Below are positions 1 through 7,158 of a stretch of DNA of 32,000 nt, piece by piece. The notes beneath the pieces were generated by a model. That model was not told where the DNA came from, ran no database searches, and saw only the letters and a list, made by a program, of their open reading frames with translations. The position numbers were made by a program, and so were the translations under genes. Source of the stretch: Dickeya solani IPO 2222 (GTDB taxonomy: Bacteria; Pseudomonadota; Gammaproteobacteria; Enterobacterales; Enterobacteriaceae); contig NZ_CP015137.1 in the NCBI RefSeq assembly GCF_001644705.1, positions 750,001 to 782,000 on the forward strand, written 5' to 3'. Each line of letters starts with the position of its first letter. Within the stretch, counting starts at the first letter, position 1.

Positions 1-172
1 CCAAAACAACGCGGGCGGTTTCTTTGAATTGACCAGCTGCTGGCGCTGCCTGTCGCCAGAAGCCCTCATGCCTGGCTCCCTGAACACCCTGGTGAGTGCT
101 GAAGATGGCTTGACACTGAGCGCAACAACATGGTTGTATTATGCAACTATATTTGCGGGGGAGATTCTGGAA

Positions 173-1171
173 ATGAATATTGATCCATCGCTGGTTGAAG
201 AGATTCGTGCCGCCTCGCGCACAATGGTTCGTGAACTGGGCTTCATGAGCGAAACACTGGCCGCCACCGACTATTCTCCGTCTGCTGTGCATACCCTGCT
301 TGAAATTGAGAAGCAAGGCGCCATGACAGCGGCGCAACTTGTGCAGACGCTGGGTCTGGAAAAATCCAGTGTGAGCCGGATGTTGGGCAAACTCATCAAA
401 GCAGGAGAAATCACCGAAGCCGCTGGCGACGAAGATGGCCGCATCAAGCAGTTATTCCTGACTGAGCAGGGAAAACGCACGGTCAGTGAGATTCATGCTT
501 ACGGCCATATGCAGGTCACCACCGCCATGCAGCACCTAAATCCATCGCAACAACACACCGTGACTCAGGGGCTCACCACCTACGCGCAGGCGTTAAAAAT
601 GTGCCGTCTGGGCATATCTGAAGCCCCACCCAGCACCATTACCGTCAGCGCAGGTTACCGACCCGGACTGATCGGCCGGGTCGCCGAAATGCACGCGGCC
701 TTCTATTCCCGGCACTCCGGGTTCGGGCAGTTTTTTGAAAGTCAGGTCGCTGCCGGTATCGCTGAGTTCGCCAGTCGCCTGAACGAACCCTGCAATGGTA
801 TCTGGGTGGCGACCCAGAATGATCGCATTGTGGGTTCAGTCGCGATTGACGGGCAGGATCTGGGCAACAACAACGCGCATCTGCGGTGGTTCATTCTGGA
901 CGATGGATGCCGCGGCGGCGGCGTAGGCCGTCGGCTGCTTACCGAAGCGATGGCTTTCTGTGACCAGTCTGGATTTGCCACGACACAACTCTGGACCTTC
1001 AAAGGTCTGGATGCGGCGCGCAGACTGTACGAATCCTTTGGTTTTGAAATGGTCAACGAGGAACAAGGGAGCCAATGGGGAAGAACCGTCACCGAGCAAC
1101 AATTCATCCGCCGCGGCGTCAGTCTCCCTGAAACTCGGACCATTCACGGTTCCATCGCCACAGAATCGTAA
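173..1171 (+). CDS. Fused MarR-family HTH regulator / GNAT N-acetyltransferase
   Basis: Track ORF 29..1171. I place the start at ATG 173, with a GGGGAG Shine-Dalgarno ending 9 nt upstream; the upstream TTG-initiated part has no domain signal. The N-terminal half has a MarR-type winged helix (AQLVQTLGLEKSSVSRMLGKLIKAGEI). The C-terminal half has a GNAT acetyl-CoA motif (LRWFILDDGCRGGGVGRRLLTEAMAF). Start choice is uncertain. Confidence 0.8.
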   Translation: MNIDPSLVEEIRAASRTMVRELGFMSETLAATDYSPSAVHTLLEIEKQGAMTAAQLVQTLGLEKSSVSRMLGKLIKAGEITEAAGDEDGRIKQLFLTEQGKRTVSEIHAYGHMQVTTAMQHLNPSQQHTVTQGLTTYAQALKMCRLGISEAPPSTITVSAGYRPGLIGRVAEMHAAFYSRHSGFGQFFESQVAAGIAEFASRLNEPCNGIWVATQNDRIVGSVAIDGQDLGNNNAHLRWFILDDGCRGGGVGRRLLTEAMAFCDQSGFATTQLWTFKGLDAARRLYESFGFEMVNEEQGSQWGRTVTEQQFIRRGVSLPETRTIHGSIATES

Positions 1172-1373
1172 CAGGAACGGTTCTGACTAATGAACGGCTC
1201 TGTCCCGTGGTCGGTGGTCTACAGGCTTTCTGCTGAATGCTGATTACCGGTTTTCGCGCGGCGTGGGTCGTTGCATTGCTGTTTGCGATTCAGGACATGC
1301 CGGGATGCTATTTCTATAGCAGAAACATGATGGGATACGAGCCAAAGCATGGCTCTGGCTCGTATTTCAACAC

Positions 1374-3041
1374 TTAATTAATAACGCCCAGATCTGCTGG
1401 CTTGGGATATAGCATCATCCACCTGCCACTATCATCGTTAACGCCTGTTGCTGTGGCTGAAATCTGATAAGTATCAGCATTCATAACAACATAGCGTCCA
1501 TTGGACAACGCCTGCAACGTACCATTGCCATTACCGGAATCACTATAGGAAAAGGTTTCACTACTGGTTATGTTATCGGCAGAAGCGAGTAAGTTGCCAT
1601 TAGCCGTGACTGACAAGTATTTCCCGGTCTGTATTGAGCGGAAGGCAAAGCTATTTTTAGTGAGATACACCGCTTGAAGGCCGCTTGCAACGGACGGATT
1701 TACGCCATTCACGGTAATCGGAGATGACGCACTGATAACTGTAGCCAGCGTTCCGGTGTTATCCTCGTTTAGAGATTTTTTTACCGATTGCAGAACTATA
1801 TACATAGTGCTTGATGTGGAAGAAGACGTAGCATTAATCAGCCCTTCATACGAAGGATGATCAAAATAGAATTTCCCTATTGGCATACGACTAATGACTT
1901 CTTTGGTATAAGGGAGTTTAGTTTCAGAGACGCCGGCAGCAGTGAATAAGCTCAAAATACTGCGATATATTGGCCGAAACTCTCCGCGGAAACGAGGAGA
2001 CACAGTCAGTCCTGGCGTCCATGAATTCCCTCTCCCCATATCTGCAAGAGTATAACCTTTACCAGGGATTGGTGTGTAAGGAACACTATAACCCAGGTTG
2101 TACTTGGCTATGTATTCAGCCGCGTTAACCAATGGATAACTATTATTAGGATAGCTCACCATATCTGCGCCGGTTTCATGGTATTGACGCTGGTTATAAC
2201 CTATCTGGGCCGCCATGACTAATAACCCCAGACCACCTTGCGCATGTGCCTGATCACGACCGCTTTCCTGCAATTGGCCGCTATCATTTTGTACATAATG
2301 TATAACTGAGCCATTACCCTCGCCATTTTTGAAATAATCTACCGCATTATTGTAAATAGCCAGATCGTTCGACCACACACCCAGGCTCAAATTAAATACG
2401 GTATCTGCTGCATCCCAGTTACCATTAGCCCAGCCGCCATTTACCTGACCATAGGTACTGGTCAGTGGATAGAACACATCGGTCATCATAGTGGTAAAAC
2501 GTCCGATATCAGCCGATGACCAACCGCTCCCACTGTAGCGCAGAATTTCAGCAGCATTAAGTAACTTATATCCATAAAGGCTGGCTGCCAGTTGAGCGTC
2601 TTTTCCCTTGATAGCCTTTAACGTCGTCGACCAGTTGTTAAGAATTTTGATAGCGGCATTCGAATAAGCGGGGTTTCGCGTGATGGCCCATTCAATGGAA
2701 AGCAGCAAGGCTGCCGAAGCGCTATTTTGTAACTCTGCGTTTCCAGTACTTCCATATGTCGGGTCATTCCTGTACACCACCTCTTTTGGAGTTACTGAAT
2801 AGCCAGGATTTGCCAAATAATTGGCTTGCAATATCTGCCAATCCTTGTACCAAGGCGCTTGCTTATTATCGACACCGGCTTTCATTCGGTCCAAATCAAC
2901 CGTTGTATAAAGCATACCCGGATGAAGGAATGTCGTATCATTAGCTGCGGCATAGCTCGATGTTGATCCAACCAGGCATAGACACGCCATTATCATTTGT
3001 GAGAAAAACTTCCATATCTTTTTACACAAAAACACATTCAT
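1374..3041 (-). CDS. Secreted alginate-lyase-fold (alpha/alpha toroid) polysaccharide lyase family protein with C-terminal beta-trefoil-like module
   Basis: 555-aa ORF with ATG 3041 and AAGGA 8 nt upstream. Sec-type signal peptide (hydrophobic MIMACLCLVGSTSSYA|AAND). Motifs I associate with the 'alginate lyase' Pfam-type family: HPGMLYT..DLDRMK near the N-terminus, NNWSTTLKAIKG, QESGRDQAHAQGGLG. The last ~110 aa (FAFRSIQTGKYLSVTANGNLLASADNITSSETF...LSNGRYVV) resemble fascin/AbfB-type beta-trefoil repeats. About 43% G+C on a sample line versus ~60% for core genes. Substrate unknown. Confidence 0.75.
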   Translation of the reverse strand: MNVFLCKKIWKFFSQMIMACLCLVGSTSSYAAANDTTFLHPGMLYTTVDLDRMKAGVDNKQAPWYKDWQILQANYLANPGYSVTPKEVVYRNDPTYGSTGNAELQNSASAALLLSIEWAITRNPAYSNAAIKILNNWSTTLKAIKGKDAQLAASLYGYKLLNAAEILRYSGSGWSSADIGRFTTMMTDVFYPLTSTYGQVNGGWANGNWDAADTVFNLSLGVWSNDLAIYNNAVDYFKNGEGNGSVIHYVQNDSGQLQESGRDQAHAQGGLGLLVMAAQIGYNQRQYHETGADMVSYPNNSYPLVNAAEYIAKYNLGYSVPYTPIPGKGYTLADMGRGNSWTPGLTVSPRFRGEFRPIYRSILSLFTAAGVSETKLPYTKEVISRMPIGKFYFDHPSYEGLINATSSSTSSTMYIVLQSVKKSLNEDNTGTLATVISASSPITVNGVNPSVASGLQAVYLTKNSFAFRSIQTGKYLSVTANGNLLASADNITSSETFSYSDSGNGNGTLQALSNGRYVVMNADTYQISATATGVNDDSGRWMMLYPKPADLGVIN

Positions 3042-3534
3042 AAATTATTTCCTTTTCATTTATTAGCAACATTAAAAAACCTACTCCAGAATAGAACATC
3101 ATTTCTTTATTTTTAATCCTTATACAAAGATCTTTTTTTAATCTTTGATGACAAACAGCAATACTCTAAACTGCCTCAAGCCGTGAAAGTCGCCTCCACG
3201 CCCCTCCCCGGCGCCTACCGCCCACAGCCTGGGCCGGTGCCTGCCAGAGTGCGGCTGGTGTTTGATGCGCGGGTGGAAACATTGAGCCGCATCGACCTTA
3301 GCCTCACATAAATCGACAGGATATCGCGCGACAGGATGCACCTAAGCAAAGGAATACCCATGCCGGGTGCAGGCAAAACCACAACTCATTGGGCGGCCTA
3401 AATCAACAGGGGCGCCAACTATCTTGACGCTTACCGTGCTCTTTAGATTTCTATATTTTTCTTTAATGAAGATAAATCCATATGAAAAAACCACACGCTC
3501 CGATATTCAGGGATGTTAGCCAATTGTCGTTCTG

Positions 3535-3580
3535 CTGATATTGGGTAGTTGTCTAATATTGGGTAGTTGTCTGATATTGA
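3535..3580. repeat. 18-bp tandem repeat, 2.5 copies (CTGATATTGGGTAGTTGT / CTAATATTGGGTAGTTGT / CTGATATTGA)
   Basis: Read directly: units at 3535-3552 and 3553-3570 differ at one base; a partial third unit is at 3571-3580. AT-rich intergenic context upstream of the ERIC copy and the acyltransferase gene. Confidence 0.9.
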
Positions 3581-3623
3581 CTTTAGCAAAGAGTAATTAT
3601 GATGAAAGCATCTAAAAGCAGCG

Positions 3624-3749
3624 TATACCCGTCATAGTTCAAGCTGCAGGTGCGTTGGCTACCTCACTCCCCCAGGTCACTTACTGATGTAAGCTCACGG
3701 GGCTCCGCTCGGTTGCCACCTTCCTGTAACTCGAATTATTTTGGGTATA
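3624..3749 (-). repeat. ERIC (enterobacterial repetitive intergenic consensus) element, copy 1
   Basis: 126 bp bounded by TATACCC...GGGTATA. The core ATGTAAGCTCACGGGG resembles the ERIC1R primer sequence. It is the reverse complement of the copy at 24797-24923, with most positions matching when aligned by eye. Confidence 0.85.
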
Positions 3750-3793
3750 TATAAAACATGACTCTCAACACTCAATAAAAGGAGGGATGTAAA

Positions 3794-4795
3794 TTGAAAG
3801 AAACCGATAGCAATATCTTTGACATAGTCAGACACACCGCAGCGATATTAGTTATATTTAGCCATAACTATGTCCTGCATGGGGTAAACGAACCTTCTTT
3901 TAACAACCTGAGCATTGGAGGATTCGCTGTTCTCACCTTCTTTTCTATATCTGGCTATCTTATAGCTCAAAGCTACACCAATGCAAAATCAAACTCCGAA
4001 TACTTAAAAAAAAGAACACTAAGAATATTTCCAGGATTATCAATATGTTTAATATTTACGATATATATATGCTGTGGAATATTCGGAAGGGATGACTTTA
4101 TCGACTGGATATCATCAACAAAACCTATATACCCTTACTTCCACTTTCTTCTCCTTAAAGGCGTCTCATACCCAGAGAGCTACTTGAATTACTTCACCAG
4201 TGACTATATATATAAAAACTCTATAAACGGAAGTTTATGGACATTGTTTTTCGAAGTTTTTGATTATGCCTTGACTTTAGTTTTCCTCGGAATATTCAAA
4301 AGAAAAATAAAAGGAGCGATGATATTCCTTTTAGGATCAATACTCATACAGTCAGCTTGCATTATTTCCAACATCAATACATACTACATCGTCAACGCAA
4401 CATTTTTATCCATAGCCTTTTCTATAGGAGTAGTATTATTCCTGACTAAAGAGCACTGGAAACAAGATAGAAAAATAAAATTAATTTTAACCCTAATCTC
4501 GATATTATTTATAACAATATCAACAGCCGGAAAGATCCTTTACCCACTACTGCCATTAGGGTGGGGTATGTTAGTCTTAATCACATCCTTTAGCTTTAAA
4601 GACAACATAATAAAAAGGCGATTCGATTTTTCTTATGGAATATACATATACGCCTTCCCCATCCAACAAATAATAATAAATGTATTTCATACTGGAATGA
4701 TATCTGACTTTATATATAGCTTAATTATCTCAATAGCTATCGCCGCATTATCCTGGTTTCTTGTTGAAAAACCGGCGCTACGAATAGCAAGATAA
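3794..4795 (+). CDS. Acyltransferase-3 (AT3) family integral-membrane O-acyltransferase, Oac/OafA-like
   Basis: 333-aa ORF with TTG start 3794 and AGGAGG 8 nt upstream. N-terminal AT3 signature (IVRHTAAILVIFSHNY, conserved R and H), then ~10 predicted hydrophobic helices. About 32% G+C on a sample line. Same size class as phage-encoded O-antigen acetylases (recalled, not aligned). Confidence 0.8.
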   Translation: MKETDSNIFDIVRHTAAILVIFSHNYVLHGVNEPSFNNLSIGGFAVLTFFSISGYLIAQSYTNAKSNSEYLKKRTLRIFPGLSICLIFTIYICCGIFGRDDFIDWISSTKPIYPYFHFLLLKGVSYPESYLNYFTSDYIYKNSINGSLWTLFFEVFDYALTLVFLGIFKRKIKGAMIFLLGSILIQSACIISNINTYYIVNATFLSIAFSIGVVLFLTKEHWKQDRKIKLILTLISILFITISTAGKILYPLLPLGWGMLVLITSFSFKDNIIKRRFDFSYGIYIYAFPIQQIIINVFHTGMISDFIYSLIISIAIAALSWFLVEKPALRIAR

Positions 4796-4890
4796 TTGAA
4801 CTTAAAAAACATAAAATCAACCTGTGATTATCAAAAAACAGAACAGTTTCGTATAGCTAAAGTTGGGAGTGACGATGAGACAGGCTTGTA

Positions 4891-4928
4891 AGAGTCGTCT
4901 CAGAAAACGGAAAATAAAGCACGCTAAG
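4891..4928 (+). mobile_element. Solitary Tn21-subgroup (Tn3 family) 38-bp terminal inverted repeat
   Basis: 4895-4928 TCGTCTCAGAAAACGGAAAATAAAGCACGCTAAG matches 34/34 the Tn21 IR as I recall it (GGGGTCGTCTCAGAAAACGGAAAATAAAGCACGCTAAG). The outer GGGG is AGAG here. Orientation puts the transposon interior to the right. On the minus strand a short frame ends at the TAG inside the IR (4924-4926), as tnpA does in this family, but no intact transposase ORF follows. Confidence 0.75.
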
Positions 4929-5428
4929 CCGTTTGTAATGCCAGTGCCGCCCGAACTTCCATCACCAGCCGCCATGTCGGGGTGCCCTTAAGAAAAGGAT
5001 TTTACGTACGCTACGCACGTGCACCAACGTTTTCGAGTGTCGTGCAAACGCTGTCCCCGCTATCAAATCGCTAATGGCGGCTTTCAAACCAGAAGGGACA
5101 TCAATCTGACCGGCCAAAGACGCCCCCGCTCCACCGAACCGGAGTGTCGCCCCTGTTAATCCCTGTCAGCTTGCCGGATTGCGAGCCATGACGATCCACG
5201 CCGCGCCGCTCTCAAACATCACCACCCGCTCGCCAGGACCGCGGCTGAAGCGCGGGCGGCCTGTTACCTGCGACGCGCGATCGACACAGCCTCAAAGAAG
5301 CCGGTGCCCGATTCAAGCAAGGCCCTTTCCAAGGCCTCTTTACAGATGAGATTCCCAAATCGCTAGAAAGAAGCCGGAATAGAGGTTCCGTTTCATGCAA
5401 CGAAGGGATATACGGTGCGTATCTGGAG

Positions 5429-5806
5429 TCAGGCCGTGCAAAAGCCGGGGACGGCAACCTTCTGAAACAGGTGCGGCGTGGCTGAAACGGATGGCGGATA
5501 GGCCGAAACCTTCGCCATGAACTCGGGACGGGCGAAGGCATCGCGGAGCGTCTCGGTGGACTCCCACTCCACATAGTTCAGGAAGATCGGGCTATCGCCG
5601 ATCGCTCGGTGCATTTGGGTGGAGATGTAGCCCGGCTGTTTCGTCAGGATTCCGGCAGCCGCCGTAAAGGCATCCAGAAAGCCCGCTTCGTCGGCGGAAC
5701 CGACCGTGAATATATTGATGAGTACGATTGGTGCGGCCGAGATGCCAAGTTGGCGCTCAAGCGGGAATTCATCGTCTAGCGGCTTAAATTTCTTTAAAAC
5801 TTCCAT
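5429..5806 (-). CDS. Antibiotic-biosynthesis-monooxygenase (ABM) domain protein
   Basis: Track ORF 5429..5956. I place the start at ATG 5806 (GGGAG upstream), giving 125 aa. ABM-like ferredoxin fold pattern (VLINIFTV...GYISTQMHRAIGDSPIFLNYVEWESTETLRDAF). The longer N-terminal extension overlaps the upstream gene end and looks non-coding. Confidence 0.7.
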   Translation of the reverse strand: MEVLKKFKPLDDEFPLERQLGISAAPIVLINIFTVGSADEAGFLDAFTAAAGILTKQPGYISTQMHRAIGDSPIFLNYVEWESTETLRDAFARPEFMAKVSAYPPSVSATPHLFQKVAVPGFCTA

Positions 5807-5904
5807 GGTAGTACTCCCGTCTATTGTGAAATCGAAACTGGGATGATCGATGCGGCTAGCAGGCTTCAGAAGCCTGCGGCAACCGGAGAAGGTAATCGGT
5901 ACTC

Positions 5905-6798
5905 TCAAACCAGCATCGACTGCTGGGCGAAGATCCCCGCCATGGTGCCTTGCCATGCCGCCGTGGTGACCGAATGCATGGAGGGGTTGGCGAGGTCGCC
6001 CGCGGCGTAAATGCCGGGCATACTGGTTTCACGGTGCTCGTCGACCTTGAGGGCAATGCCCTGGGGCGTATCGACCGTGGCGAGGCCCAGCGATTCGTGC
6101 AGGCGTGCAGACGGCTTGTTGCGCGGATGCGCGAACAGGATGTCGACCGCGACAGGGGGGGCGACATCGAGCCTGATGGTGGCGTTATGGCTCGCGTCAT
6201 AGTCGATTTCGGTGATCCGTCCATCGATGACGGGAATGCAGCGGTGCGCCAGATCCACCCGGATATCGGCTGGAATGTCATGACCATCGGCAAAGACCGT
6301 CAGCGTGTCGGTCCAGTCGTGGTACAGCCTGACGTAGTTGTGCGACATTGGGCCGGACCAGACGAGGCCCCAATGCTGGCCGGCGACTTCAAAGCCGTCG
6401 CAATAGGGACAAGGCACGATGCTCGAACCCCAGCCTTCGGCAAAGCCCGGAACAGCGGGAATCTGGTCGGCAACGCCATAGCTCAGTATCAGGCGGCGCG
6501 CCCTGAGGCTTTCGCCATCACTGGTGAGGACAGAGAAATCGTCGATGGCGCCGGAGACGCTCTCGGCCCGGTCACTCACCAGTTTGATCGTGGGATAGCG
6601 CGTCAGTTGCAGCCGAGCCTCGGTCAGGATGTCCTGCGGCAGCTTGTGGTCATGGCCGAGCACGCCATGCGAGCGATCCGCGAAGCGATTGCGCGGCAGG
6701 CCGGTATCGAGAACGGTGACCTTGCGGCGGGCACGGCCGAGTTGCAGGGCGGCGGCGAGGCCGGCAAAGCTGCCGCCGATGATGATAACGTCATTCAT
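5905..6798 (-). CDS. Thioredoxin-reductase-like FAD-dependent oxidoreductase with CPYC motif (function unknown)
   Basis: Start placed at ATG 6798 (MNDVIIIGGSFAGLAAALQLGR = FAD GxGxxG motif at the N-terminus), giving 297 aa. CPYCDG replaces the CATC redox centre of TrxB. The C-terminal GIYAAGD flavin motif is present. The second (NADPH) GxGxxG/A motif looks degenerate (GLVWSGPMS). The track ORF extends to 6861 from a TTG. Confidence 0.8.
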   Translation of the reverse strand: MNDVIIIGGSFAGLAAALQLGRARRKVTVLDTGLPRNRFADRSHGVLGHDHKLPQDILTEARLQLTRYPTIKLVSDRAESVSGAIDDFSVLTSDGESLRARRLILSYGVADQIPAVPGFAEGWGSSIVPCPYCDGFEVAGQHWGLVWSGPMSHNYVRLYHDWTDTLTVFADGHDIPADIRVDLAHRCIPVIDGRITEIDYDASHNATIRLDVAPPVAVDILFAHPRNKPSARLHESLGLATVDTPQGIALKVDEHRETSMPGIYAAGDLANPSMHSVTTAAWQGTMAGIFAQQSMLV

Positions 6799-6910
6799 GG
6801 TAATGGGTTCCGTGTTGTTGATGGAAGGTGTTGGGCTTAGTGGTGGACTGTGCGTGGGCAAAGCCGGTGATGGAAAACGCGGCCAGCTTCAATAGGGATC
6901 GTCGTTTCAT
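6791..6910 (-). CDS. Unannotated 39-codon ORF: signal peptide plus His-rich tail (MKRRSLLKLAAFSITGFAHAQSTTKPNTFHQQHGTHYHE)
   Basis: Hand translation of the minus strand. ATG 6910 is preceded by AAGGAG (6917-6922) with a 6-nt spacer. TGA 6791-6793 overlaps the flavoprotein ATG (ATGAATGA). The n-h-c signal architecture ends in AHA. Could instead be the frameshifted leader of the flavoprotein. Confidence 0.45.
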   Translation of the reverse strand: MKRRSLLKLAAFSITGFAHAQSTTKPNTFHQQHGTHYHE

Positions 6911-7089
6911 GGAAATCTCCTTGTTTCGTAGGCCGGCGCGTTATCGTCATCCGATACACGCCGCGAGCAGGGCTTTGGCATCGGCGAGTTGCCATCACTG
7001 CGTTAACCAACAGAACAACGCTGCCTTCAATATCGCCGGGTAGCCCGTGGAAACGTGATTGAAGAGCAGGTTGAAACCTACTCATTGGC

Positions 7090-7140
7090 TTGCACATTTA
7101 AGATACCATGCGGTATCATAATTAAGCAATTAAGATACTG
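7090..7140. promoter_or_regulatory. Putative tetR promoter with embedded palindromic operator
   Basis: Perfect palindrome GATACC-ATGC-GGTATC at 7102-7117. It lies between a TTGCAC (-35, 7090-7095) and a TATCAT (-10, 7114-7119), 18-nt spacing. The 9-mer TTAAGATAC is repeated at 7098-7106 and 7130-7138. It sits 20-60 nt upstream of the TetR-family gene. Confidence 0.5.
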
Positions 7141-7158
7141 TCAAGTACTGGAATTAAC

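Noticed and set aside
107-143. Promoter and MarR box upstream of the MarR-GNAT gene (TTGACA at 110-115, palindrome ACAAC-ATG-GTTGT at 125-137)
   Set aside because: The -10 candidates are poor or badly spaced, and the palindrome has only 5-bp arms. Too weak to report as a feature.
29-172. N-terminal extensions offered by the ORF track (29 for MarR-GNAT, 5956 ABM, 6861 flavoprotein, 11782 xseA, 14972 yfgJ, 24261 rlmN, 24778 ndk, 25053 sseA, 26952 sseB, 29070 fdx, 31491 hscB)
   Set aside because: The internal ATGs have Shine-Dalgarno sequences and reproduce the N-termini and lengths of the E. coli homologues. The rlmN extension runs through the ndk terminator hairpin.
1337-1363. Hairpin ACGAGCCA...TGGCTCGT just beyond the lyase stop as a terminator
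   Set aside because: The stem is only 8 bp with an 11-nt loop, and there is no convincing U-tract on either strand.
1237-1377. 46-codon ORF (MLITGFRAAWVVALLFAIQ...) between the MarR-GNAT and lyase genes
   Set aside because: It has a hydrophobic start but no Shine-Dalgarno sequence, and its end overlaps the lyase stop. More likely a relic or chance frame.
3138-3341. 67-aa minus-strand ORF in the GC-rich orphan fragment
   Set aside because: Arg/His/Gly-rich nonsense-like sequence with no start signals. The fragment is treated as non-coding relic DNA.
3535-3580. Possible CRISPR array, considering this tandem repeat and the one at 7944-7977
   Set aside because: The units abut without spacers, there are only 2-2.5 copies of 17-18 bp, and no cas genes are present.
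5212-5574. 120-aa and 75-aa minus-strand ORFs downstream of or overlapping the ABM gene end
   Set aside because: Pro/Arg/Ser-rich with no motifs. They partly overlap the ABM coding region in another frame. They lie in the presumed decayed transposon-end DNA.
5950-6840. 296-aa plus-strand ORF overlapping the flavoprotein gene, with the 6011..6202 and 6629..6895 ORFs
   Set aside because: The minus-strand frame carries the FAD GxGxxG, CPYC and GIYAAGD motifs. The plus-strand product is an R/G/A-rich antisense translation.
6837-7097. 86-aa minus-strand ORF in the tetR-divergent intergenic region
   Set aside because: No ribosome-binding site and no recognisable domain. It is out of frame with the SD-preceded 39-codon ORF, which explains the 3-prime part of this region better.
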